Origin: Candidatus Latescibacterota bacterium
Lineage (GTDB): Bacteria > Latescibacterota > UBA2968 > GCA-2709665
Direction: 5' to 3'
Assembly: GCA_965248435.1 (NCBI GenBank)
Contig: OZ252100.1
Location: 1 to 64,000 of the forward strand
Length of the DNA: 64,000 nucleotides
Below the pieces are notes generated by a model. That model was not told where the DNA came from, searched no databases, and saw nothing but the letters and a program-made list of their open reading frames with translations. The position numbers and the translations under genes are program-made. Position 1 is the stretch's first letter, and every line of letters begins with the position of its first letter. This document shows, piece by piece, positions 19,763 through 30,447 of the stretch.

Positions 19763-20169
19763 AATTCGTCTTTTCCGCCCGCCACCGGCCCTCCATAAAC
19801 ATCACGTCTCTCATCGACGTCCTGTTTCTGTTGCTGACGTTTTTTCTCGTTACGACGACCTTCATCGAACAGTCTGCACTCAAAGTCGAGCTCCCGTCCA
19901 TGCAGCACTCTGACCTGGATGAACACCAAAGGAGATTCGTACTGGATGTCGATGTGAATGGTGCTTTGCAGTATGGCGGAGAGAACTTTACCCGAGAGGC
20001 GTTGAGGCGTGGACTGCTCCAGGACGCTGAGGCGATCAACCTCGGCGGCGGGTTGGTCCTCCGCGCAGATCAGGCACTTCCTCACGGAGAGGTGATCTCG
20101 ATCCTGGACCTGATTCGGGGCTCGGGGATCAGGCGATTTGTGATTGCAACTGTAGATCCCAATCATTAA
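19759..20169 (+). CDS. exbD: ExbD/TolR biopolymer transport protein
   Basis: INITSLIDVLFLLL.FF and LRADQ motifs. Confidence 0.9.
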   Translation: MKFVFSARHRPSINITSLIDVLFLLLTFFLVTTTFIEQSALKVELPSMQHSDLDEHQRRFVLDVDVNGALQYGGENFTREALRRGLLQDAEAINLGGGLVLRADQALPHGEVISILDLIRGSGIRRFVIATVDPNH

Positions 20170-20221
20170 ACTTGGCGGGGCTGAATTTTTTTCGCAGGCT
20201 GGTAAGTAACCGTTTACTTTC

Positions 20222-21616
20222 TTGGGAGACATAAGGGTGACGAAACGGCTCTGGTCGATTTTGGCGGCCGTCCTGCTGTTCCAGGGGGTATCGGGGTGCG
20301 ATTCCGGGGACAACTCGGGGGGGCGCGGGGGTAGATCCGGGAGTCGTTCCGGTCGGGGAGGACAGTCTGCCGCAGTTCCGGTCAAAGTAGATCAGGTAAC
20401 CCGCGGAGAAATCTCGGACTACATCCTGGCGAACACGACGCTCGAAGCGGAAAGATGGGTTGAAGTTCGGGCCCGCACAACGGGTCAGGTTGTCAAGATC
20501 ATGGGGGAAGAGGGAGATCGTGTATCGAAGGGGAGTCTGCTTGCCCGCCTTGACGACGAGGCTGCGCACCTGCAGGCGAGCCAGATGGAGGTCGCCTATG
20601 AAGAGGCCTTGCGAAATTTCGAGCGCGCGAAAAAGATGTACCAGAGAAGACTGGTGAGTGAAGAGGACTTTGCGACCGCGAAAGGAGCGCTTGATCGAGA
20701 CAGAGCTCAGTTTGAGCAGGCAAAGCTTAACCTGAGCTACACGACGATAGCTTCGCCGGTTACGGGGGTTCTGACGTCGCGGAACGTGGAAGTTGGAAAC
20801 ATGGTGACGAACAACCAGGCCGTGTTCTCGGTGGCCGATTTTCCGCCTTTGCTTGCGAGAATTAGAATTCCTGAAAAGAATATCGGTAAGGTGGCCGTCG
20901 ATCAACACGCGAAGGTCACGGTAGAGTCTGCGCCGGGAAAGCAGTTTAGCGGGATGGTTAAGATGATCAGCCCCGTGGTGAATCCGGAAAGTGGGACGAT
21001 CAAGGTGACGATCGAAATCCAAGAGGCCCTCGACGGGGTGCTGCGCCCAGGCATGTTCTCTTCTGTTTATCTCATCACAGAAACGCACGAAAACGCACTC
21101 GTCATTCCGAAAAAGGGGCTGGTTTTGGAGGGGGAGGGGAACCAGGTATTTGTCTACGAAAAGGATGCCGAGTCCGGGATGGGGCTGGCCAAGCGAAAGA
21201 ACGTGAAAATCGGGTTTTCAGACAACGAACGTCTGGAAGTGCTCTCCGGTCTTGCTGACGGAGAGCAAGTGATTACCGTGGGGCACGAAGGTCTGCGTCC
21301 CGGAACTGCGGTTCGCCTTGTGGGTGAAGCGGTCCCGACACAGAAGACGGCAGAGACACCTGGAGGCGAGATGGCGTCGGGAGGGCCAGGACGAGGGGCG
21401 CCCTCCGGTCGCGGCGGGATGTCGGCAGATCGAATGGCGCGGATGAAGGACCGGATGTTGGGCCGGTTTCCAGACCTGAAGCAAGAATATGAGAAGCGCT
21501 TGAAGAAGGATTCCGATCTGGCCACCGACACCCAGAAGTGGATGGCGTTTATTTCTGAAATGCAGCAAAAGGGAGTGATTCCAGACTTCAGCCAGATGCG
21601 GGGCAGGGGACGGTAG
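20222..21616 (+). CDS. RND efflux periplasmic adaptor subunit (lipoprotein)
   Basis: Lipobox VSGC, EEGDRVSKGSLLARLD, IASPVTG, LRPGMF. Confidence 0.9.
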   Translation: MGDIRVTKRLWSILAAVLLFQGVSGCDSGDNSGGRGGRSGSRSGRGGQSAAVPVKVDQVTRGEISDYILANTTLEAERWVEVRARTTGQVVKIMGEEGDRVSKGSLLARLDDEAAHLQASQMEVAYEEALRNFERAKKMYQRRLVSEEDFATAKGALDRDRAQFEQAKLNLSYTTIASPVTGVLTSRNVEVGNMVTNNQAVFSVADFPPLLARIRIPEKNIGKVAVDQHAKVTVESAPGKQFSGMVKMISPVVNPESGTIKVTIEIQEALDGVLRPGMFSSVYLITETHENALVIPKKGLVLEGEGNQVFVYEKDAESGMGLAKRKNVKIGFSDNERLEVLSGLADGEQVITVGHEGLRPGTAVRLVGEAVPTQKTAETPGGEMASGGPGRGAPSGRGGMSADRMARMKDRMLGRFPDLKQEYEKRLKKDSDLATDTQKWMAFISEMQQKGVIPDFSQMRGRGR

Positions 21617-21657
21617 GGAATGATCCGGGCAATACCCAAAAACAACAAGAACCTCCC

Positions 21658-24600
21658 ATGAAGATTGTTGAGTTTTCAACCCGTCGGCCCGTGACGGTTA
21701 CCATGATTGTGTTGGCGGCCGTCATTTTCGGTTGGGTCGCCTTTCGTCTGCTCTCCATCAACCTCCTTCCAGATATTACTTATCCCACACTGACGGTCAG
21801 GACCGAGTACGAAGGCACGGCTCCCACTGAAATGGAACGGCTGATCACCGAGCCGGTAGAGGGGGCCGTTGGCATCGTCACGAATGTCATCAGGGTGAGT
21901 TCGACATCCCGCCCAGGAATTTCCGAGGTGGTCGTTGAATTCGCGTGGGGCACCGATATGGATTTCGCCTCCCTTGATGTTCGTGAGAGGCTGGACCGTG
22001 TGCAGTTGCCGTTAGATGCCGAAAAGCCGGTGCTGCTTCGTTTCGATCCTTCACTCGATCCGATTATGCGCATCGGTCTCTACGGCGAGGAGAGCCTCGT
22101 CGCCCTGCGGCTCCTGGCAGAGGATCAGATCAAGCCTGAGCTGGAGAGCATCGAAGGCGTAGCTGCGGTTCGGGTCAACGGCGGGCTGGAGGAGGAGATT
22201 CAGGTCGAGATCGATGCGCCAAAGTTGGCCTCTGTGGGCATCCCCTTTTCCCAGCTTGTGAATCGTCTTGCCCAGGAGAACGTCAATCTGACCGGTGGAC
22301 AGCTCAAGGACGGCGAAGCGGAGTATCTGGTGCGAACCTTGAACGAGTTTCAAAGCGTGGAAGAGATACGGGACATCGTGATCGGCCAGCGGCAGGATGC
22401 TGCCCTCACGTTGGCTGACGTGGGTAAGGTGATTCGCGGACACAAGGAACGGCTCGTTATTACACGCATCAACGGCCGTGAAAGCGTTGAGCTGGCTGTC
22501 TACAAGGAGGGCGACGCAAACACGGTGACGGCTGCAGAGCGCGTGAACGACGCGTTGAACGCCTTCAAGGAAGATGCAGGAGAGCTCTTGAGCCAATCCC
22601 GGATGGAGGTGGTCTTTGACCAGTCCACCTTCATCAGGGGTTCTGTGAACGAAGTGTTGAGTACAGCCATCGTGGGTGGACTGCTGGCGATCGTCATCCT
22701 CTACCTCTTCTTGAATAGCCCAAGAAGCACGAGCATTATCAGTCTATCCATACCGATCTCGGTCGTAGCGACGTTCTTCTTCATGTACGTCTCCGATGTG
22801 AGTCTCAACATTATGTCGCTGGGCGGGATCGCACTCGGCATCGGGATGCTTGTAGACAACTCGATTGTCGTGCTCGAGAGCATCCAGCGGAGTCGCGAAG
22901 AGGGGATGGGTGTGCTCGAATCTGCGAACAAGGGAGCCGGTAATGTAGGCAGGGCCGTGGTCGCGTCTACGCTGACGACCATCTGCGTTTTCGTGCCGAT
23001 CGTCTTCGTGGAGGGCATCGCCGGACAGTTGTTTCGCGATCAGGCGCTGACGGTCACCTACTCTCTTGTCGCCTCTCTCTTTGTCGCCCTGACCTTGATC
23101 CCGATGCTGGCTTCCCTGGACGTTCGGGGGAGCGAGGAGCAGACAGAATTGGAGCGACGACGCGTCAATTCCGGGCACGATCTATCTGAAGGCGCCGCCA
23201 GAGGCGTTGGATTCGCTTTGCATACCGCCAGGGGATTTGGCAGAGTGGTCCTCAAAATGCTTTCGCCGCTCATCTGGGCATTCGACCAGATAACAAGCAG
23301 GGCTTATAGGCTCTATCCCAATCTGCTGCGGTGGGCCCTGCGCCACCGGGCAACCGTCATCGTGATTGCCGTCGGATTGATGGGTGGCGCCCTTTTGTTA
23401 GGCACCCTGCTCGGGAGTGAACTGATTCCCGAGATCAGTCAGGGTGAGTTCGTCATCAACGTCGAAATGCCGGTAGGCACGCCGATAGAGAGGACCGAGC
23501 AGGCCGTTATTGAAATTGAGCGCATGGTTCGAACTCAGCCGGAGGTTCTATTGATCTACGACATTATCGGCTCGAGCGGCGAGTCCGGTGGTGCCGTGGA
23601 GGTAGAGCGGGAAAACGTTGCTCAGGTTCACGTCGCGCTGAAAGAAGGGGTCATCAGGGAGAAGGAGGAGGCGGTGATGGATCGCATCCGGAGAGCCCTT
23701 CGAGATTTACCTTCGGTTGAAACCAAATTCGCTCGTCCATCTCTCTTTTCGGCTCGGACCCCGGTTGAGGTCGAAGTCTCGGGATATAACCTGAGCACCC
23801 TGAGTCGCCTGGCCGACGAGGTGGCAGATAAGATGACTGGAATATCAGGACTGACAGATGTGAAGACGAGTTCGGAGGGGGGAAGTCCGGAGGTCCAAAT
23901 TCGCTTTGACCGCAAACGTGTTGCGCAGATGGGGACAACGATTCAGGCGATTGGTGAGATCGTTCGCAATCAGGTTCAGGGAGAGGTAGCTACGGAGTTT
24001 AGCAGAGGTGATAGAAAAGTCGACATCCGGGTGCGAGCGGACGACGATCACAGGAGTCGCGTCGACGACCTTAGGCGATTGAAAGTGACCGTACCGAGCT
24101 CGTCTACCCCCATCCCCCTGGAGGTCGTGGCGGACCTGTCCGTGACCATGGGCCCTGCCGAAGTCCGGCGGATCGATCAGCAGAGAGTCGCCCTGGTTTC
24201 CGCGAATCTTGAAGGACGAAGCCTGAGCGATGTTGTCGGCGAGATCGGAGAAGAAATTCGATCTTTGCGCTACCCGTCGGATTTCAACATCAAGATCGGT
24301 GGGCAGGACGAGGAGCGCAGGCGGTCATTCGAAAGCATGCAGCTGGCCATCGCCCTTGCCGTTTTTCTGGTATACCTGGTGATGGCCTCTCAGTTCGAGT
24401 CTTTGGTCCACCCGTTCGTGATTATGTTCTCCATCCCGTTTGGTCTGGTCGGGGTAATCTTGATTTTGCTCGTGACCGGCCAGACGATCAGCGTGGTGGT
24501 GCTGATCGGTCTGATCATGCTGGCCGGAATCGTTGTAAACAACGCCATCGTGTTGATTGACTATATCAACCGACTTCGCCGCGAAAGCGGAATGTCCAAA

Positions 24601-24930
24601 TTCGAGGCCATCGAACACGCCGGAAGCGTGCGTCTCCGTCCGATTCTGATGACGACGTCCACAACAGTCCTGGGGTTGCTGCCGATGGCCCTGGGGATAT
24701 TCAACTTCCGTCCGATCGTGAGCGGGTTCGATCACGCGCTTGGAGACGTTCTGCCTGCTGGAATGAAGGTCACGCTGATGAGTGCGATGGGCATCTTCTT
24801 TCCGGTAGGGCAGGGAGCGGAGATCCGGGCACCGATGGCGATTACGGTGATCGGAGGCCTTGTGTTTTCAACCCTGGTGACGCTCATTCTGATCCCTACG
24901 ATCTATTCACTGGTCGATCGCAAAGAGTAG
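21658..24930 (+). CDS. RND efflux permease (AcrB/AcrD/AcrF family)
   Basis: 1090 aa with GMLVDNSIVVLE, GIVVNNAIVLID and RLRPILMT. Confidence 0.93.
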   Translation: MKIVEFSTRRPVTVTMIVLAAVIFGWVAFRLLSINLLPDITYPTLTVRTEYEGTAPTEMERLITEPVEGAVGIVTNVIRVSSTSRPGISEVVVEFAWGTDMDFASLDVRERLDRVQLPLDAEKPVLLRFDPSLDPIMRIGLYGEESLVALRLLAEDQIKPELESIEGVAAVRVNGGLEEEIQVEIDAPKLASVGIPFSQLVNRLAQENVNLTGGQLKDGEAEYLVRTLNEFQSVEEIRDIVIGQRQDAALTLADVGKVIRGHKERLVITRINGRESVELAVYKEGDANTVTAAERVNDALNAFKEDAGELLSQSRMEVVFDQSTFIRGSVNEVLSTAIVGGLLAIVILYLFLNSPRSTSIISLSIPISVVATFFFMYVSDVSLNIMSLGGIALGIGMLVDNSIVVLESIQRSREEGMGVLESANKGAGNVGRAVVASTLTTICVFVPIVFVEGIAGQLFRDQALTVTYSLVASLFVALTLIPMLASLDVRGSEEQTELERRRVNSGHDLSEGAARGVGFALHTARGFGRVVLKMLSPLIWAFDQITSRAYRLYPNLLRWALRHRATVIVIAVGLMGGALLLGTLLGSELIPEISQGEFVINVEMPVGTPIERTEQAVIEIERMVRTQPEVLLIYDIIGSSGESGGAVEVERENVAQVHVALKEGVIREKEEAVMDRIRRALRDLPSVETKFARPSLFSARTPVEVEVSGYNLSTLSRLADEVADKMTGISGLTDVKTSSEGGSPEVQIRFDRKRVAQMGTTIQAIGEIVRNQVQGEVATEFSRGDRKVDIRVRADDDHRSRVDDLRRLKVTVPSSSTPIPLEVVADLSVTMGPAEVRRIDQQRVALVSANLEGRSLSDVVGEIGEEIRSLRYPSDFNIKIGGQDEERRRSFESMQLAIALAVFLVYLVMASQFESLVHPFVIMFSIPFGLVGVILILLVTGQTISVVVLIGLIMLAGIVVNNAIVLIDYINRLRRESGMSKFEAIEHAGSVRLRPILMTTSTTVLGLLPMALGIFNFRPIVSGFDHALGDVLPAGMKVTLMSAMGIFFPVGQGAEIRAPMAITVIGGLVFSTLVTLILIPTIYSLVDRKE

Positions 24931-25097
24931 GCTAATAGAAGGTGCAGGACTCATTTCTGCGAGCTTAGAAGGTTGTCTTTCATCCCCTTATTTCTTATAC
25001 TTTTAGGTCCCCTTTGTTGTTTGCTTCCTTCCTTCCCGCGCTCTCCCTGGACTGAAGAATTTCCGAGACCGGACGCCTCATCGTTCGTTCTCGAGCT

Positions 25098-25586
25098 TTG
25101 GTTTGGCTCATCCCGCTCGCGATGATCACATCTCGGAGGTGTGCGCTCATGTCTGGAAATGTCAAACCTGTCTTCTGTTGTTTGTTGTCTCTGGCCCTCG
25201 TGCTGGCCGGGATGATCGCACCTGTCGACGCGGAACCTTTCTTTACCGTTCGCCGATCCTTCGCTGTCGCTTTCCTGGGGGGCAGCCTCCTGTTAGCCAA
25301 GAAGGCCGTCGATTTTCGACGGGACGCGAACAACCTCTACGACCGGTATGAAGCGGCGCGTGGTGCGGAAGAGGCCGAGCGCCTCTTCGACAGGACCAGC
25401 GACCGGGATACAAAGAGCCAGTTGAGCATTGGCCTTTCGATCGTCCTGCTCGCGAGTGGGTTGCGGTTGCTTCTTTTGAGCGGCGAGGACGACAATATCC
25501 CGAAATTCGATCGGGGCGTGAGGCTGAATGTGTCGGGTGACAAAGCCGCTCGCAACGTAAAGGTTGTTGTTGAAAAGGGATTTTAG
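25098..25586 (+). CDS. Hypothetical exported or membrane protein
   Basis: Signal-like N-terminus (probable start 25149), two hydrophobic segments and a terminal Phe. It overlaps the next ORF. Confidence 0.6.
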   Translation: MVWLIPLAMITSRRCALMSGNVKPVFCCLLSLALVLAGMIAPVDAEPFFTVRRSFAVAFLGGSLLLAKKAVDFRRDANNLYDRYEAARGAEEAERLFDRTSDRDTKSQLSIGLSIVLLASGLRLLLLSGEDDNIPKFDRGVRLNVSGDKAARNVKVVVEKGF

Positions 25587-27576
25587 TCTCACCATGGGAA
25601 GAATTTCACGCATGAACTTCCTGGGTGATGTCCATTCGTTTATTCTCTGCCTGGGAATCCTCACAATCACGTTTTGTGGCTGTGGTCGTGAGCGATCGAA
25701 CCCGATCGATCCGAATTTCCCAGGCAGCGAGGGATTAGGCCCGCCCTCGAATTTGAGCGCCAGCGGCGGGATCGAACAGATTGTTCTCACCTGGGATCCT
25801 GTAGTCAGCGGTAATCTCTCAGGATATGGCGTTTACCGTGCCACTTCGTCAACCGGAGTGTATCTACCACTGCCGGGCGAGGTCGCGGATTCGCTCGTTA
25901 CGACGGGCCGGACAACGTTCGCCGATACATCGATCGACTTGAGCGTTGCCAAAATCTACTTTTACAGAGTGAATGCGGTGGATGTCCTAAAGCGATCGAG
26001 CGCGCTGTCTGTATTCGTGAGCGCTGAAGCTCTCGAAGATAATCGCCCACCTGCGGCCCCCACCGATCTCTCAGTCGTGAGCGATGCCGAGACGGGGAGT
26101 GTCACGCTGACCTGGGCGGCTCCCCAGTCGGATACAGACAACGAGGCCCTGAGTGGACTGAGCGGGTATCGGGTGCTCCGGTCCAGGGATAGTGACGGCG
26201 CGTTCGTGGAAGTCGCTACCGTTCTTGCCTCGGAGGTCACTTTCGTAGATACCACCGATTTGGAGCTCGATACCCGCTACTCCTATCGGGTCAGTGCGTT
26301 TGATGCGAACGGGAACGAAGGGGCGCAATCAGGCTCCGCGTCCATAACCACGACGGGCGCGGCTGCTCCAGCGGGGCTCAGGACGACAGACAGGATCGCT
26401 CGGATAGAGGTCGAGTGGAATCCTGTGAACGAACCTGACTTGCTGGGCTATCTGGTTCTGAGGTCCACATCGACTCAGGAAATATTCGAGCCCGTGACCC
26501 AGGACACGCTGTTCACGACCGCCCAAACCAGATATGCCGATAGCAACGTTTCGATAGGTACGGTCTATTTTTACAGGGTACAGTCGGTTGTCCAGGATCC
26601 GACACGGGGAATCTTGCGAAGCGACCCTTCCGGCTTTGTAGACGGCCTGGCACTCACAGATGAAAGCCCACCGGCCGCTCCCTCAGACCTGGCAGTAACC
26701 CTCGATGACGAGGACCCCAATCAAATCTTGTTGACCTGGACCGCTCCCCAGACGGATGGCGGTGGGGGCGAGTTGACGGGGCTCTCGCTCTACAGGGTCT
26801 TTCGGTCGCCGGGGGGCTCTACGTCGCTCGTCCTCCTGGCGGAGACTTCTAGCGTTCAATTGACTTATCAGGACACGACCGTAGCGCTCCTGACTCAGTA
26901 TTTTTACGCAATAAGCGCTGTCGATTCTGTGGGCAACGAGGGTGCCAGGTCCGGATCCGTCTTGATTACCACGCGGGGGCTGGCCGTGCCCGTGAATGTC
27001 AGCGCGACCTCTGACATTACCCAGGTCACGATTCAATGGACTGCCAACACCGAGCCAGAACTAACTGGCTACGAGATTCTGCGATATGCGGACCCGGCAC
27101 AGCCGGATCCAGATGAGACGTTCAGCACGCTCCTGACCACCTACGTGGATTCACCGCTGGCTGCGGGCAGTGCCTTCGTCTATCGCGTGCGTGCGGTTGG
27201 GACGGGAGGTCTTAAGAGCGAGCTTTCGCCATTCGTTTCCGCCCTCGTGCCGGAGGACAATCGGGCACCGGCTACGCCCGGAATTTTCGCTGGAAGCGTG
27301 CTCGGTTCGACCAGCATCAGGCTCAGCTGGAGTGCCCCTAAGACAGACGAGGGCGGCCAGGCCTTGACGGGACTCTCGGGATTCCGGATCTACAGGGCCC
27401 TGGGCCAGGGAGAAACAGGCTTCCCCTTCCTCGCTCAGGTGGATTCGAGTCAAGTGATGTATGATGATACCGGGTTGAGTTCGGCAACCACGTACAGCTA
27501 CCGAATCAGCGCCGTCGACGGCAACGGGAATGAAAGCGCTCAATCCAGCCAGATTATTCTTGTAACAGATAATTAG
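25564..27576 (+). CDS. Fibronectin type III repeat lipoprotein
   Basis: Lipobox FCG|C followed by RERSNPIDP. About six FN3 units (PAAP.DL...LTW...GYRV.R...Y.YRVSA.D..GNE). Confidence 0.85.
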   Translation: MLLKRDFSLTMGRISRMNFLGDVHSFILCLGILTITFCGCGRERSNPIDPNFPGSEGLGPPSNLSASGGIEQIVLTWDPVVSGNLSGYGVYRATSSTGVYLPLPGEVADSLVTTGRTTFADTSIDLSVAKIYFYRVNAVDVLKRSSALSVFVSAEALEDNRPPAAPTDLSVVSDAETGSVTLTWAAPQSDTDNEALSGLSGYRVLRSRDSDGAFVEVATVLASEVTFVDTTDLELDTRYSYRVSAFDANGNEGAQSGSASITTTGAAAPAGLRTTDRIARIEVEWNPVNEPDLLGYLVLRSTSTQEIFEPVTQDTLFTTAQTRYADSNVSIGTVYFYRVQSVVQDPTRGILRSDPSGFVDGLALTDESPPAAPSDLAVTLDDEDPNQILLTWTAPQTDGGGGELTGLSLYRVFRSPGGSTSLVLLAETSSVQLTYQDTTVALLTQYFYAISAVDSVGNEGARSGSVLITTRGLAVPVNVSATSDITQVTIQWTANTEPELTGYEILRYADPAQPDPDETFSTLLTTYVDSPLAAGSAFVYRVRAVGTGGLKSELSPFVSALVPEDNRAPATPGIFAGSVLGSTSIRLSWSAPKTDEGGQALTGLSGFRIYRALGQGETGFPFLAQVDSSQVMYDDTGLSSATTYSYRISAVDGNGNESAQSSQIILVTDN

Positions 27577-27670
27577 ATTCTTGCCAGGTCACAATCGTGA
27601 AGCCGGAGTCAAACAACTGTGAGGATTACTTTATGAGATAGGAAGGACCGATCGATAAAACGGAGTCTGG

Positions 27671-27705
27671 TTGGCGCCTGAAGAGTCTTGGCGCCGATTT
27701 TTTTT
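27671..27705 (+). terminator. Putative intrinsic terminator
   Basis: TTGGCGCC...GGCGCCGA followed by T8. Confidence 0.55.
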
Positions 27706-27853
27706 GTTTAGTGACGCGCGACAGTTCGCTGCAGACCTGTCCGGGCAGCCATGGCAATCGTTTCAGATGATTCTGCCTCACACCACCAGGGGGACTTGCT
27801 TACAGGCTTGAACAGGAAGGGATTAGAGCTCACGATTCGATCCTCTTTCCGAA

Positions 27854-27868
27854 TGGCACGAAACCTGC
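27854..27868 (+). promoter_or_regulatory. Putative sigma54 promoter upstream of the activator gene
   Basis: TGGCACGAAACCTGC fits GG-N10-GC, about 70 bp before the ATG at 27939. Confidence 0.5.
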
Positions 27869-28933
27869 GTGCGATAGGATACTCAACGGACTTTATATCC
27901 TTTTCTGGGGGACGCATTATACAGGGAGGAGGCTGGCTATGGACCAAGTCCTGCTGGTGGATGGCGACGAGCGCTTCTCGAAGGAGTTGACGGGACGGCT
28001 TACGGCTAGGGGATACCGTGTGACCTGCGCCGGGTCCTCATCCGAGGGTGTGCAAAGGGTTCGAGAGGGGAGTCCGGAGCTCATTCTCACCGATGCACGC
28101 CTGCCTGATGGAGATGGGCTGCCCATTTTGGAGGCGGCTGGGAGATCGGACGGACAGACACCTGTCGTCGTGCTCAGCAAGCGGTTGTCTCCTGAGCTGG
28201 TGTTTTCGTCGATTTCGCGGGGGGCATACGATTGTCTTCCCAAGCCTTTGGACGACACGACACTGGATGATCTTCTAAGGCGCGTTCAAGTCAGGGATGA
28301 CAGCACCGTACGCTATCTCTTGGATCGGTCGATGGATCAACCTGAAGAGGAAGATGAGATGGTCGTTGGGCGCTCCGCGGGCATGATCGAGGCCCTGAAA
28401 AGTGCAGGTGGGGCTTCTGCCTCCAATGCGACCATTCTCATCATGGGGGAGAGTGGAACGGGGAAGGAGCTTCTGGCCAGGGCCATTCATAGGGCTTCGG
28501 GCCGGTCGGGAAGCCTCGTCGCAGTGAACTGCGCTGCAGTCGTTGAGACCTTGACCGAGGCCGAACTCTTCGGACACGAACGCGGAGCATTCACCGGAGC
28601 CACCGAGCGCCGGCTGGGCTGTTTCGAACGCGCCAGCGGCGGGACCCTTTTCCTGGATGAAATCGGGGATTCCTCCCAGGCTTTTCAAGCAAAGCTTTTG
28701 CGGGTACTCGATAGAAGTGAATTTTATCGAGTCGGGGGGCAGGACCCAGTCAAGTCCGATGTTCGTGTTATCTCAGCAACGAACTGTGACCTGGAGGATC
28801 TCATCAGAGCTGGGGCGTTCCGTGAAGATCTCTATTACCGCCTTTCGGAAGTCGTCATTCCGCTGCCGGCGCTTCGGGACCGAAGGTTGGATTTCCCACT
28901 TCTATTGAGTAAAATGCTTTCGAGGATCAATCT

Positions 28934-29975
28934 GCTGGATTCAATGACTAAGTGCAACACTTGGACTTGAAGACTTCAGCTGGTGTTTTGAAGTTAAGAC
29001 ATTTTCTTGGTCGGTTGTTGATCCGGTTCTGAATTTTCTTTAACTCGTGTTTGCTGACCTTTGAGAAGTCTGTCTTCTTGGGGAGGTATCTGCGGACCAG
29101 ACCGATAGCGTTTTCCACAGCGCCTCGCTCCCAGCTGTGGAACGGTTTGCAGAAATAGGATTTGGTGCCAAGCACCTCGTTGACCCGTTGATGTTGGCCG
29201 TTTTCGGATCCGTTGTCATATGTGATGCTCTTCCTCATGTGGGGAGGATGTCGCCCAAGGCGTCGATTAATCGCTTCGGCGACCTCCGAGGGTCCGTTCT
29301 TTGCCAGCTTAGCCAGGTGTAGGTATCTCGACGATCGCTCAAGACAAGCGCCAACGGCCTGTTTGCTCTCACGAGAGATGATGGTGTCGGATTCCCAGTG
29401 GCCAGGTTGTTTCCGTTTTTCGATGTAACGGGGACGTCGATCGATCGAAATACGGCCTGGAATGTGGCTTTCGTATGCCACCGCGGCTTTCGTTTTTTGT
29501 GAGCTCGGGATAAGCAAGCAACCAGATCCCGCTGCTTGTGCACCTTTGGATCGTAGATATACTGGTAGATGGCTTCGTGGCTGATACCCGCGCTCGGACG
29601 CTCCTCGGGAAGCCTCCCAGCGATCAACTCGGGAGACCATCCTTGCTTGAGTTTGGTCTCGACATATCGCCGGATAACCGGATTCTTCAGCCGTTTCCGC
29701 TTGCCGGCCTCCCGCTTACGTTTCTCAGCCCTTCTGTGAGCCTGGAGGCCCGAGTAACTCTCAGCTATCGGGGACGGATTACGTTTCAACTCTCTTGAAA
29801 TCGTGCTGGCGCTCCGGTCAAGGGCCTTGGCAATATCTCTAAGGCTTGCACCAGTGGCTCGACAAAGCGCAATCTGCTCGCGTTCGTCTATCGTAAGATG
29901 CTTGTAATTGTTTCCCATACACTTAGGATAGGACAGTTGCTACCCTAAGTGTTGCACTTCCTTATTGAACTCGGG
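28934..29975 (-). mobile_element. IS30-family insertion sequence, 1042 bp
   Basis: Imperfect 29-bp terminal inverted repeats (28934-28962 and 29947-29975, 22/29 matches, core AAGTGCAACACTT). A 3-bp target duplication TCT sits at 28931-33 and 29976-78. Confidence 0.92.
28948..29918 (-). pseudogene. IS30 transposase, frameshifted near 29470
   Basis: The N-half has YKHLT..ER, STISRELKRN, WSPE.IAGRL and SHEAIYQYIY. The C-half is in another frame and has GHWESD, SITYDNGSE, WERGAVEN and NNRPRKCL. Confidence 0.88.
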
Positions 29976-30378
29976 TCTTAGATTGAACCGGAAAATCGTG
30001 GGCGTTTCCCGAGATGCCATGGACCGATTGGTTGTACACGGGTGGCCAGGCAATATCCGGGAAATGCAGAACGTCATCACGAGGGCTGCGATACACTGCC
30101 GAGGTCAAATTATCGAGACGTTCGACCTGCGCGGTTTGGACAGCAATCAGCATGCGAAGCGCGATGATCGTGTACGGACCTTGATGGAATTGGAGCGTGA
30201 TCATATTGGGCAAGTGTTAGACATTGCCGGATGGAACCGCGGCGAGGCCTGTCGGATGCTCGGCATTACCCGGCCGACATTGCGCCGAAAGATCCGTCGT
30301 TATGAACTCGGGAAGACGGGCTGAGATCGTAGAATCTTTGAGATTCAACGGGTGGAATTGTTGCCCGGCCCTTCCGTA

Positions 30379-30407
30379 TTGACTTACCATAAAGGCTGAT
30401 GCATAAT
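30379..30407 (+). promoter_or_regulatory. Putative sigma70 promoter
   Basis: TTGACT-N17-CATAAT upstream of thrC. Confidence 0.55.
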
Positions 30408-30447
30408 TAGTTCACCCGGGTTTGGTAGATGGGATTTTCTTCAAGAG

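Larger units (their letters stand above)
27939..30324 (+). pseudogene. NtrC/AtoC-family sigma54-dependent response regulator interrupted by IS30
   Basis: REC domain, [27 protein letters not shown] and FREDLYYRL lie before the IS. WPGNIREMQN and a Fis-type HTH lie after it. Removing the IS restores ...SRINLRLNRK... in frame (446 aa). Confidence 0.92.

Noticed and set aside
19109-20169. MotAB/ZorAB-type stator partnering the FliG-like protein
   Set aside because: The second gene is ExbD-like with no OmpA peptidoglycan-binding domain and follows a TonB gene. Nothing in the sequence links it to the gene 12 kb away.
29440-29490. Programmed frameshift in the transposase
   Set aside because: IS30 elements normally use a single ORF and no canonical slippery heptamer is evident. 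A mutation or sequencing error is more likely.
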